From: an uncultured virus (IMG/VR IMGVR_UViG_3300006137_000088)
Lineage: Duplodnaviria; Heunggongvirae; Uroviricota; Caudoviricetes
Reading direction: 5' to 3' (one strand)
DNA length: 20,000 bases
IMG/VR virus record: IMGVR_UViG_3300006137_000088
The translations under genes were made by a program, and so were the position numbers. Below the pieces are notes generated by a model, which ran no database searches, was not told where the DNA came from, and worked only from the letters and a program-made list of their open reading frames with translations. Position 1 is the stretch's first letter. Each line of letters opens with the position of its first letter. Shown one piece after another: positions 1-8,470 of the stretch.

Positions 1-323
1 TTGATGTGGTTGGTCTCAATCGCAAGTTGGAGCTTTATGATAATAAACATATCGTTCCTATAGCCACTTTCGGCAAGAAGATCTCTCAGGAACAGATGTA
101 TAAGCTCCAGAAAAAGGGAGTGGAGCAAATTGTCATCGGCTACGATAACGATGCAAAGGAAGCCACGTCTAAAATTGCTATGGAGCTTGATAAATACTTC
201 GATGTTCTGATTGCTGATATTCCTGATGGTGTAGGCAAAGATTGGGATGAAATGGATGTTGAGGACATCTATGATGTCTTTGCCTATAATCTTAAAACGG
301 TTAGAGAATTTAATCTTGGATAA
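1..323 (+). CDS. DNA primase, C-terminal TOPRIM part (5' partial)
   Basis: Open from window edge; (F)DVV...ATFGKKISQEQ...IVIGYDNDA...KDWDE matches DnaG-type TOPRIM motifs (DxD; KDxxE). Stop at 321-323, 1 nt before the next ATG. Confidence 0.8.
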   Translation, partial: DVVGLNRKLELYDNKHIVPIATFGKKISQEQMYKLQKKGVEQIVIGYDNDAKEATSKIAMELDKYFDVLIADIPDGVGKDWDEMDVEDIYDVFAYNLKTVREFNLG

Positions 324-324
324 G

Positions 325-2085
325 ATGAAAGAGGTAGTATCATTAAAAGAATGGCTGGATAACCATAATATCACTTATTCTTTGCGTAAGGACGTGGTTG
401 TCATTCCTGGATTTGGCCGTTGTCTTATTCAGGATGATTATGACCACATCTTCAAACAGACTAAAGAGGGGAATGTGGTATTCAACAGCATTGAGAATTA
501 TTCTTATCTGATTGCAGATGAGATATATTATATAGTTTTTCCATTTGGTTGTCGGTGGTTTTACATTGATGTCCGCAAAGATCCATCGGAAGTTCAATTC
601 AAAATACTGCGCTATGTTGGCAATACCCCTACATTCCAACATGAATGTGAATTTTATCCTTTAGGTATTCATTCCGGATATGAGCTATTGAATGGCAGTG
701 GCTTATTGAAAGACTGGTGTACTAAGGCTAAGTTTTTAGGCTACAAAGGGCTGGCTGTGGCAGATAGGAACACTATGGCTGCATCTTTGGATTTACAGCA
801 GTCAGCTACTGATGCCGGATTAAAATATTGCTTCGGATATTCATTAACCGTGCGTACTGGCAAGGATAAGGTCGGAGTAAAGCTCTACTCAGCTACACAA
901 CAGGGGTTTAAGAATATGTTGCGTATTCAAAAAGCCATTGCTGTTGATAACTATGAGACAAAGGAGATAGACCTAATCACTCTTCTTAATCTTGCTGAAG
1001 GCAATACCTTGGTGTTTGATAAGTGGAGTGGCCATTGGCTTACCGAAAATAAGAACGCCCTTCAGGATTTTGTTGAAGCATTTGATGGTTGGGTATTCTT
1101 TCAGGTTGACACTTCAGAATATCGAGCCGACAGAATTGACTCTGCATTATTGCAAAGCCAAAAGGCATTTTTCGACAACTTTTATCAGGGTAATCTGGAG
1201 TATTCAATGAATATTCGCCCAGTTATGATTCAAGATGTTTATTATCTTGATAAAGAGGATTGGCGCACTAAAGTTATTCTCAATAAGGTTGATACTGGAG
1301 CAGCTCACGAGCAATCATATAAGCAATATCTCAAAACGATTGATGAGATATATGATGAGTTCCGCACTCTCTTCTCCGATAGATATGACGATGAAGTTTT
1401 CTATGATATGTGTGAAGCGACTGCCGACATCATTGAGAACGCTTCGGCTGCTTATGATCTTAGCGATAACTATGCCCCCAAGTATGATATGACTCCCCAG
1501 GAACGTGAGAAGTATGGCGATACTTTAACTATGTTCCGATCATTGATTGAGGAAGGATTTAAGAAGCTGGTTCCTGAAGGAGAGGAAGAAGCGTATCGTA
1601 AGCGTGTCGAATATGAGAAGTACGTTATTGAAAGCACCGATAATGTTGATTATTTTCTCATCCAGAGAGATGAACTGAATTGGGCCCAGGAAAATGGTAT
1701 CTTGACTGGAATTGGTCGAGGTTCTGCCGGTGGGTGCCTACTACTCTATCTTATGGGTATCACATTTATTGATCCCCTGAAATATGATTTGATTTTTGAG
1801 CGTTTCTTGTTGCCGGAGCGCGCCGGTCTGGAGCCGGATAAGGTAACTGTTATGGCCGATGATATAGAGTCCTCAGATTACTTTGAGTTGGCCTTAGATG
1901 ATGATAAGATACTCTTGCTCGATAAGGATGCTGAGTTAGTTGTGATCAGAAATGGTGAGCAGCTAACCGTATATGCAGATGAGTTGCAAGAAGGTGATGA
2001 CATTCAGTTCGATAACTGTGATATACTTCACACCTTACCCAAGAAACTTCTGCATGAAAATTCGAGCAATAACTCACAAAACTAA
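325..2085 (+). CDS. dnaE: DNA polymerase III alpha (DnaE), N-terminal chain: N-extension + PHP domain + start of palm, ending in a Hint-like tail
   Basis: PHP-like LGIHSGYELLNG and LAVADRN; YFLI...GIGRGSAGGCLLLYLMGITFIDPLKYDLIFERFLLPER is the DnaE signature. ATG at 325 chosen because it directly follows the primase stop. Confidence 0.9.
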   Translation: MKEVVSLKEWLDNHNITYSLRKDVVVIPGFGRCLIQDDYDHIFKQTKEGNVVFNSIENYSYLIADEIYYIVFPFGCRWFYIDVRKDPSEVQFKILRYVGNTPTFQHECEFYPLGIHSGYELLNGSGLLKDWCTKAKFLGYKGLAVADRNTMAASLDLQQSATDAGLKYCFGYSLTVRTGKDKVGVKLYSATQQGFKNMLRIQKAIAVDNYETKEIDLITLLNLAEGNTLVFDKWSGHWLTENKNALQDFVEAFDGWVFFQVDTSEYRADRIDSALLQSQKAFFDNFYQGNLEYSMNIRPVMIQDVYYLDKEDWRTKVILNKVDTGAAHEQSYKQYLKTIDEIYDEFRTLFSDRYDDEVFYDMCEATADIIENASAAYDLSDNYAPKYDMTPQEREKYGDTLTMFRSLIEEGFKKLVPEGEEEAYRKRVEYEKYVIESTDNVDYFLIQRDELNWAQENGILTGIGRGSAGGCLLLYLMGITFIDPLKYDLIFERFLLPERAGLEPDKVTVMADDIESSDYFELALDDDKILLLDKDAELVVIRNGEQLTVYADELQEGDDIQFDNCDILHTLPKKLLHENSSNNSQN

Positions 2086-5050
2086 TACCTCTCTTGTTTC
2101 AGATTGCTATGCCGGCGATGGATATGTGAAACGCAATCACGGCTCTCTCCCTGATATTGATTCTGACTTCAGTGCGGTTCGCCGTGATGAGGTAAAAGCA
2201 TATCTGGAAAGACGCTATAACAAAGATGGTCTCCAGCGTGTCTTTTCAGCTGGTACATTTACAACTGAGAAGATAAAGTCAGTCATCAAAGATGTGGCCA
2301 GAACCCACAAAATATCTCAGGCTACCACTAATTATCTGACAGCGATACTGGATGATAATATGACGTGGACTGACCTTATGAAAATGGCTTCTACCGACAA
2401 ACGTATGAGGGATTTCATTCAGAAATATCCTGACGTGTTTGAGGAAATACTGCCGATTATGGGTCAGGCTCGCTCTGCTGGTATTCACGCCTCCGCACTC
2501 ATCATCACCCCAGAATATGTCAAAGGTGAGCGTGTAGAGTGTTTTGACCTATTGCCTATCCGAAAGATGGGCGACCTATTGGTATCTGAGATTTCAGGCA
2601 ACGATATTGATGCTATCGGTATTTTGAAGAATGACGTGTTGGGCATTAAGGAGCTTACCAGACTTTCAGATACGCTCAATCTTGTTGAGAGTGAGTATGG
2701 TGTCAAGTATAATATTCTTGAAATCGCTTCTAAGTACCTGAATGATGAAAAGGTATTTAAGATCATTCGTGACGGCAATACTCAGGGTGTGTTCCAGATG
2801 GGTGGTGAAGGCATTACTAAGTTTATCAAACGTCTGGCTCCAGACAATATTAATGACCTAATCGCTTCAGTTGCGCTTTTCCGTCCAGGCCCTCTCGATT
2901 CAGGAGCTGCCGACAACTATGTTCGTGCAAAGCGAGGTGAATATGAGCCTACCTATTTATGGGGAACTTATGAAATCTTGAAAGATACTTTCGCTCAGAT
3001 GGTTTATCAGGAGCAGATTTCGCGTGTGGCCCAAAAGGTCGGTGGCCTTAGTCTTGGTGACGGTGTGAATCTTGTAAAGGCTTTGAGTAAGAAAAAGCTG
3101 GAGAAGGTTCGTAAGTTTCAAGCTAAGTTCTTTGCCGGAGCCAAGCAAAACGGGTGTCCTAAAGAAGCTGCTGATCAAATCTGGAGCAATGTAGAGGATG
3201 CGGCAAAGTATTCTTTCAATGCTTGTATCGCCGGCCACGAATACTTGTGGGGCCGACATAAGGAAAAAGGTGCTGGCACTCGTATCAATATTGGTGATAT
3301 GTGGCGTACCAAAAACGACTATGAATGGGCCAAAGCTAACAATAGGCTCGGACTTAGAAATAAGTATCGTAAGTTTGGTTACGGCACTTGTTGGTCTTTG
3401 AATGAAGATGAGAAGCTGGTCATCAATCGTATTGTGGATATACGTTATCAGGGTGTTCGCCCAGTTTATCGTATTACATTGGCAAATGGCAGTACGATTG
3501 ATGTAACCGACAACCATAAACATCCAACATTGGATGGCCAAAAGCGTACTGATGAGCTTATCCCCGGAGAGGATTTTATGTATATCCGTGTGGGTTGGAT
3601 TAAGGAAGATACAACCTATAGGTTTACTGACAAGGGTAAATTGAATAATCCTCGGTATCATTCTAATGATAATGTGGAGGCCCATAGCATTAATGCACAG
3701 AAAGGTCATCAGGGTTTTATGACTCGTGATTCCAATTATACAAAGCTGGAGTATGATAAGCAGCATCTGAAGAAAGATCACTGTGAGAAATGTGGTAAGC
3801 ATTTGAAGCGACTGGAGATTCATCATATCAATGGTGATCATTCAGATGTTGGTGAGAACTATTCCAATATTCAGACTCTATGCCCCAGTTGTCATAAGAA
3901 AGCTCACTATGAGATGGGGCGTGTAAAAATGGGGCGTAAGGGCCTTGGCACTGCTGCTGTGCAGGTAGTTTCAGTGGAATATCTTTGCGATACGGCAGTG
4001 TATGATGTAGAAATGGAACATCCCTATCATACTTTCCTTACTGGGAAGGGGGTAGTGACGTGCAATTCTCACGCTACAGCTTATGGGTTGACGGCTTATG
4101 TTGGTGCATGGCTCAAAACTTACTATCCGACCGCTTTCTATACTGTAGTTTTACGCGACCAAGATGAGGATAAGATGGCGGTTCTTATGAATGAAATCAA
4201 GACTGTCGGTGGCACGGAGCTGGAGAAACCAAATATCAACATCTCAGGTGAAAATTTCACGGCAGACTTCAAAAATAATAAGATTTACTGGTCTTTATCT
4301 CGCATTAAGCAATTAGGCCCTAAAGCGGTAAAGTATATCGTTCAGGAGCGCAATCTGTATGGTGAGTTTTATGACCTGGAAGATTTTATCAAGCGTATCT
4401 TCAAAAGCAAGTTCAAAAACTTTGATGATGAAGGAACGGCAGAGACTCGTGAACGCTGCCCGGTAACAGCAAGAAGCGTCCGCAATCTGATTTTTGCAGG
4501 AGCCTTTGACGCTTGCGAAAATGTTGGCTCAGTCCTGGAACGATATGGCCTATTAGAAAAGGCTGCTACTCTTTTAGGATTTAAGCTGACTGAGAAGGAT
4601 ATTCCTGAAGAAATGCGAGATAAGCATTACTGGTGGAGCCGTCAGCAAATCACTGTTTCTGGTCACGGCACTATTGATTATCGTAGGATCTATGATAATA
4701 TGGAGAAGCCAAAGAGTGTTTCAGCAAACAAGTACATCGAGTTCTCAGACCTCAGTAATATGTTCTATGAGGTCAGAAAAGGTGTCATTTGTGCAGCCAT
4801 CTGTTCTGTGACTGATAAATCCTATAAGGATAAGCGAACTGGCGAAACCAAGCACTTTGGCAAAATCGAGCTTCAGCAGAACACAGAGACCAATATCCTT
4901 ACTATCTGGGATGATTGGGATATTTGGAAAAAGGAGCTGAAGAAAGCAGAGGGTCGAATGATTGTGGCAGTGGTGAATGTAAAATGGAGTGATTACGATG
5001 AGAAGAACACTCTTCAAATCGGTAGAAGTTCATTCTTAAAGTTGATTTGA
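2054..5050 (+). CDS. dnaE: DNA polymerase III alpha (DnaE), C-terminal chain (catalytic palm, fingers, HhH, OB fold) containing an intein
   Basis: SLPDIDSDF, GIHASALII, LKNDVLGIKEL, TQGVFQM, ALFRPGP, VYQEQI, YSFNA/SHATAY, LKTYYP, LSRIKQLG and a C-terminal OB-like segment. Likely start ATG 2054 (MKIRAITH...), overlapping the upstream ORF by 32 nt. Confidence 0.9.
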   Translation: MKIRAITHKTNTSLVSDCYAGDGYVKRNHGSLPDIDSDFSAVRRDEVKAYLERRYNKDGLQRVFSAGTFTTEKIKSVIKDVARTHKISQATTNYLTAILDDNMTWTDLMKMASTDKRMRDFIQKYPDVFEEILPIMGQARSAGIHASALIITPEYVKGERVECFDLLPIRKMGDLLVSEISGNDIDAIGILKNDVLGIKELTRLSDTLNLVESEYGVKYNILEIASKYLNDEKVFKIIRDGNTQGVFQMGGEGITKFIKRLAPDNINDLIASVALFRPGPLDSGAADNYVRAKRGEYEPTYLWGTYEILKDTFAQMVYQEQISRVAQKVGGLSLGDGVNLVKALSKKKLEKVRKFQAKFFAGAKQNGCPKEAADQIWSNVEDAAKYSFNACIAGHEYLWGRHKEKGAGTRINIGDMWRTKNDYEWAKANNRLGLRNKYRKFGYGTCWSLNEDEKLVINRIVDIRYQGVRPVYRITLANGSTIDVTDNHKHPTLDGQKRTDELIPGEDFMYIRVGWIKEDTTYRFTDKGKLNNPRYHSNDNVEAHSINAQKGHQGFMTRDSNYTKLEYDKQHLKKDHCEKCGKHLKRLEIHHINGDHSDVGENYSNIQTLCPSCHKKAHYEMGRVKMGRKGLGTAAVQVVSVEYLCDTAVYDVEMEHPYHTFLTGKGVVTCNSHATAYGLTAYVGAWLKTYYPTAFYTVVLRDQDEDKMAVLMNEIKTVGGTELEKPNINISGENFTADFKNNKIYWSLSRIKQLGPKAVKYIVQERNLYGEFYDLEDFIKRIFKSKFKNFDDEGTAETRERCPVTARSVRNLIFAGAFDACENVGSVLERYGLLEKAATLLGFKLTEKDIPEEMRDKHYWWSRQQITVSGHGTIDYRRIYDNMEKPKSVSANKYIEFSDLSNMFYEVRKGVICAAICSVTDKSYKDKRTGETKHFGKIELQQNTETNILTIWDDWDIWKKELKKAEGRMIVAVVNVKWSDYDEKNTLQIGRSSFLKLI
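3224..4066 (+). mobile_element. Intein (281 aa) with HNH homing endonuclease inserted in dnaE
   Basis: Interrupts conserved YSFNA|SHATAY; starts Cys (CIAGH), block B IDVTDNH, block F VYDVEM..HTFL, ends VVTCN followed by Ser+1; central CEKC...LEIHHINGD...N...NIQTLCPSCHKKAH HNH motif. Confidence 0.93.
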
Positions 5051-5051
5051 T

Positions 5052-5951
5052 ATGTCGTTTCTTATTGATATACGCGAGGAACTGGATGATCAGATTCAGA
5101 AACAGCTTCGCAAGTTTAGGCAAGAATGTGCTGGTACCGGCTATAATGGCTGGTACCGGATTCAAGCCGCCATTGCTAAAGCTCGTGATTTGACCATTTA
5201 CCACGATAAGATTGAGAATTACATAATGCCCAATCTTTTTGATGAGAATGGAGATGCGATTGCGTGGTATCACTGGCGTGACCCCCAGCAAGTTCAGGTC
5301 AATATGATAAAACGTAATCTGCAAACATCCTCCAAACCCAGCAGAAAACGTGGTCGTGTCACTCCGACCAGACTACGGATGCTGATGAAGGAGATTCTGG
5401 ACTATAGAATAAACGAATACTTAAATCCCAAACAAGATATGGCTAAACTTAAAATTCTGTGTATTGTAGGTGGTTCAGGCTGTGGCAAGACTTTAGCCTC
5501 ATTGCACCTCAAATACCACAAGGATGCAAATGTGATTTGCTCCTTCACCACCAGACCCCCCAGACCTACGGAAGTGGAGGGGAGAGACCACCATTTCATT
5601 GACATTGTACCAGACCGAACAGAGCTGATTGCTTATGCTCATTTTGGTGGATATTATTACTATGCTACCAAATGGCAGGTATTTGGTCCTTGCACCGTCT
5701 ATGTCATTGATGAGAAGGGACTTGAAAATCTGCGTAATGACTTTGGTGATGTCTATGACATCTACACTGTCTTGATTAAGCGAGATAAGGCTCTTCGCCG
5801 GAAATCTGGCATTGATGAAACTCGCTTGCGTCGAGATGAACGTCGTGACCTGAAAGATGAGGATTATGACTATGTGATTATCAATAACGGCAAGAAAGCA
5901 GCTCTTTTTGAGAGCATTGAGTGTATCTACGAAGAAATCAAAAACAAGTAA
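5052..5951 (+). CDS. Guanylate kinase-like protein with ~129-aa unknown N-terminal region
   Basis: From internal Met at 5439: ILCIVGGSGCGKT (P-loop), SFTTRPPRPTEVEGRDHHF, VIDEKG, YDYVIINN - guanylate kinase motifs. Confidence 0.8.
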   Translation: MSFLIDIREELDDQIQKQLRKFRQECAGTGYNGWYRIQAAIAKARDLTIYHDKIENYIMPNLFDENGDAIAWYHWRDPQQVQVNMIKRNLQTSSKPSRKRGRVTPTRLRMLMKEILDYRINEYLNPKQDMAKLKILCIVGGSGCGKTLASLHLKYHKDANVICSFTTRPPRPTEVEGRDHHFIDIVPDRTELIAYAHFGGYYYYATKWQVFGPCTVYVIDEKGLENLRNDFGDVYDIYTVLIKRDKALRRKSGIDETRLRRDERRDLKDEDYDYVIINNGKKAALFESIECIYEEIKNK

Positions 5952-5952
5952 T

Positions 5953-6735
5953 ATGGCAGCTCCCGTAGAAAAAAGCAACGTAGTGGTTGCTATTGTGTAT
6001 GACTTTGAAACTGGAGGGTTGGATTGCACCAAGAGCGCAGCCACTCAGATTTCTCTTCATGCAGTCCGTCTTGATACCTTTGAAGTAACTGAGAAATACT
6101 CGGCTTACATCTATCCTTATAGTAAGAAGGCCGATCTTGGCAAACCAAAGAAAAAGGTTCTCAAAAATAAGTATGACACCGAAGAAGAAGAGCTGATGGA
6201 GTATAGCTCTACTGCCCTGGATATAAGTGGTGTGACAATGGATTTGCTTTATCAGATGGGCAAGCCTATAGAGGATGTCTGCAATGAGATATGTGATTTC
6301 ATTGAAAGGAATACTCTTCCAGTTGTGGCCGGCAATAAGCCATTTATGGTTGGCCAAAATCCGCTGTTTGATAACGGTTTTATGCAGCAGATTATGCTTT
6401 ATACTGGGATATGGTCTCGTTTCATTAAACTTGTTCGTGGCCATAAGGATTTCTGGGGCAATTTCCAACCCACCCAGCTTGATACGATTTTATTATCTCA
6501 GCTCACCTTTGATAACGATAAAAGTATCACTACTTGGAAACTGGAAGCAATGGCAGAGCGTCTGGGTATTGATCTGGATGATGCTCACGATGCAGATGCT
6601 GATGTTACGGCCACCAGAGAAATTCTCAGGGTACTTACGGCAAGAATGAGAGAGCAATCAGCTGGTGGAGGTACTGCTATCGGAAGTCTGGCGGCTGAGA
6701 AGCGAGAAAAACTTAGAGATCATTTCAAAATATAA
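5953..6735 (+). CDS. DEDDh 3'-5' exonuclease (DNA pol III epsilon-like)
   Basis: ExoI VYDFETGGLD, ExoII GQNPLFD, ExoIII AHDADADV; ATG 5953 lies 1 nt after the upstream stop. Confidence 0.9.
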   Translation: MAAPVEKSNVVVAIVYDFETGGLDCTKSAATQISLHAVRLDTFEVTEKYSAYIYPYSKKADLGKPKKKVLKNKYDTEEEELMEYSSTALDISGVTMDLLYQMGKPIEDVCNEICDFIERNTLPVVAGNKPFMVGQNPLFDNGFMQQIMLYTGIWSRFIKLVRGHKDFWGNFQPTQLDTILLSQLTFDNDKSITTWKLEAMAERLGIDLDDAHDADADVTATREILRVLTARMREQSAGGGTAIGSLAAEKREKLRDHFKI

Positions 6736-6738
6736 CTT

Positions 6739-7251
6739 ATGAAGAGCAATTTTCAATTCGATAAAAAGACTGGTACGATGGTGCCGGCCAGTGATGCGGT
6801 AGCTCAGGGCATTAAGGCAAATGTTCATAAGGAGGTGGTTGAGTCGAAATCTGACAAGACCACCACCCAGCCTCAGTTTCAGCAAGAGAAGAAGATTGAT
6901 GTTAAGGCCGATACTGTCAATATCAATCGTAATCCAGTTGTTCAGATGAAACGTGTGGGCCATAACACCCCTATACAGTTGATTGATGAGAATGGTATGC
7001 CAGAGGCTTATCTCGACTCAACCACAACTGGAGTGATGATGTTCCGGGAGAGAGAGGATTATGACATCTGCCAGATCAGTGATGAAAAGACAGGTAAGGT
7101 TCTCGCATACATCGGTGGATATGCCCTTCAGTTCAATTTCAATATGGCAGAATTGAATACGATGGAGCGTATTGAGCAATGTTTGCAAGGACTTGTAAAA
7201 CTTTTCCGACATCAGATAATGAATCAAAATCTAAGGAACTCTAACCCTTAA
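6739..7251 (+). CDS. Hypothetical protein
   Basis: 170-aa ORF starting 3 nt after the exonuclease stop, same strand; no motif recognised. Confidence 0.7.
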   Translation: MKSNFQFDKKTGTMVPASDAVAQGIKANVHKEVVESKSDKTTTQPQFQQEKKIDVKADTVNINRNPVVQMKRVGHNTPIQLIDENGMPEAYLDSTTTGVMMFREREDYDICQISDEKTGKVLAYIGGYALQFNFNMAELNTMERIEQCLQGLVKLFRHQIMNQNLRNSNP

Positions 7252-7318
7252 CCGTAAGACACAGAGGCTTTGTGTGTAAGTTTTCTATTATCTATAAAGG
7301 AATAATTCAATATAGATA

Positions 7319-7861
7319 ATGGAAAATATAAAGCTCACAAACCTTGAAGAGAAGTTCTGCTTGGTCTTTGCTTGCGGGCCTTCTCCATATAACGGCAATG
7401 CACGAAAAACCTATGATCTCGTGTTTAACGGGAGCACAGGATTGCTTTATGACCCTTCAAAAGATGGTATAGACGAGCATACTCGGAATGAGGTGGAAAC
7501 CTCTATTGCCGTTAGGACACTTATGATGCGTGACGATATAAAGGACCGCATTGACCAGCTGAAAAGTGAAAATATGGTCAATGCGGCCACTTTGCGTCCG
7601 CGCCTGACTGAAACCCTTTTGAAGATTGCTGATGAGTGTTCAACTCTTCATGTAACTGACAGATGGGGTAATACTATGTCACCAGCCGCACTCCGTTCTG
7701 TTGCGGTCAACGCTATCTCAAAGCTCACCGATATGTATGGTATCAAAGAAGATATTGCGCATAAGGTTATGCTGGAGGGTGCTGATGGTGATGGCATCAC
7801 ATTTAACCTTATTGTGCCGGAGGCAAGTAAGGAAAATGGAATTGATAAAGTGATTGAATAA
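7319..7861 (+). CDS. Putative terminase small subunit
   Basis: LTNLEEKFCLVF...GNARKTY...LMMRDDIKDRIDQL...LLKIA...AVNAISKLTDMYGI follows the SPP1/SF6-type TerS pattern (LTxKQxxF..NATxA..LL..I..I..A..L...G). Confidence 0.65.
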   Translation: MENIKLTNLEEKFCLVFACGPSPYNGNARKTYDLVFNGSTGLLYDPSKDGIDEHTRNEVETSIAVRTLMMRDDIKDRIDQLKSENMVNAATLRPRLTETLLKIADECSTLHVTDRWGNTMSPAALRSVAVNAISKLTDMYGIKEDIAHKVMLEGADGDGITFNLIVPEASKENGIDKVIE

Positions 7862-7881
7862 CAACTTAAAAATTTGATATA

Positions 7882-8211
7882 ATGGAAAGTAAGACAAATT
7901 CAATCATTGGAGATTTCATAATCAATAATGCCAAGTCCATATTCACTTTCATTATATTTGTTTGCGGATTGTACATTCAGTACCAAGCAAGTATGATGAG
8001 AATTGACAATATGGAGAAAGAGATTGCCCAGATCAAAGTTCAGATTGACGATCAGTATGTCAAGCTCGACAATATGAAGCTCGACAAAGCTGTCTTTGAG
8101 GCAACGATGAGATCATTTACTGATATGTCAACGGATATACGTCAGATCCGTGACAGATTAGAGGACATCCTCGGAGACCATCAACGTCATAATCCGCAAG
8201 CAAACAGATGA
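7882..8211 (+). CDS. Putative holin-like membrane protein
   Basis: One hydrophobic segment (SIFTFIIFVCGLYI) then coiled-coil; upstream of the endolysin. Confidence 0.5.
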   Translation: MESKTNSIIGDFIINNAKSIFTFIIFVCGLYIQYQASMMRIDNMEKEIAQIKVQIDDQYVKLDNMKLDKAVFEATMRSFTDMSTDIRQIRDRLEDILGDHQRHNPQANR

Positions 8212-8468
8212 ATGAGCTAAAAGTCGGAGATAGAGTTACAATCCGATACTCCAAAAAATTGGAGCAGAATGGCAACAGCCTCCTTACAAACCGGACTGGC
8301 ATTGTTACTCGGATTTTATTTACCGGTGGAAATTTGACTGGAGCCTATGTGGATGTGAAAGTAATGAGACGTGTCAGGAACTACTACATTCCAATCAGCT
8401 CTATCGAAGGGCCGGATTTGATTAACAAAATGCGAACACTAAGCATATTAAAATCAACTGTATTATAA
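8208..8468 (+). CDS. Small basic hypothetical protein (SH3/KOW-like LKVGDRVTI start)
   Basis: ATGA overlap with the upstream stop; LKVGDRV...TGIVTRI pattern. Confidence 0.65.
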   Translation: MNELKVGDRVTIRYSKKLEQNGNSLLTNRTGIVTRILFTGGNLTGAYVDVKVMRRVRNYYIPISSIEGPDLINKMRTLSILKSTVL

Positions 8469-8470
8469 CT

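Noticed and set aside
247..324. Upstream start of dnaE-N given by the ORF track
   Set aside because: Overlaps the primase 3' end; ATG 325 right after the primase stop is more plausible.
1973..2053. Upstream start of dnaE-C given by the ORF track
   Set aside because: Lies within the Hint-like coding part of ORF1; ATG 2054 fits better.
1822..2146. Canonical active split intein
   Set aside because: No Cys/Ser1 block A, no TxxH, and terminal Asn replaced by Gly.
2957..3841. 294-aa - strand ORF and the other short antisense or alternate-frame ORFs
   Set aside because: Shadows of well-supported genes, with no recognisable motifs.
325..5050. dnaE as a simple frameshifted pseudogene
   Set aside because: Both ORFs are otherwise intact, catalytic aspartates are present, and the break coincides with intein-like termini and an ATG at the expected position. 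Not fully excluded without homologs.
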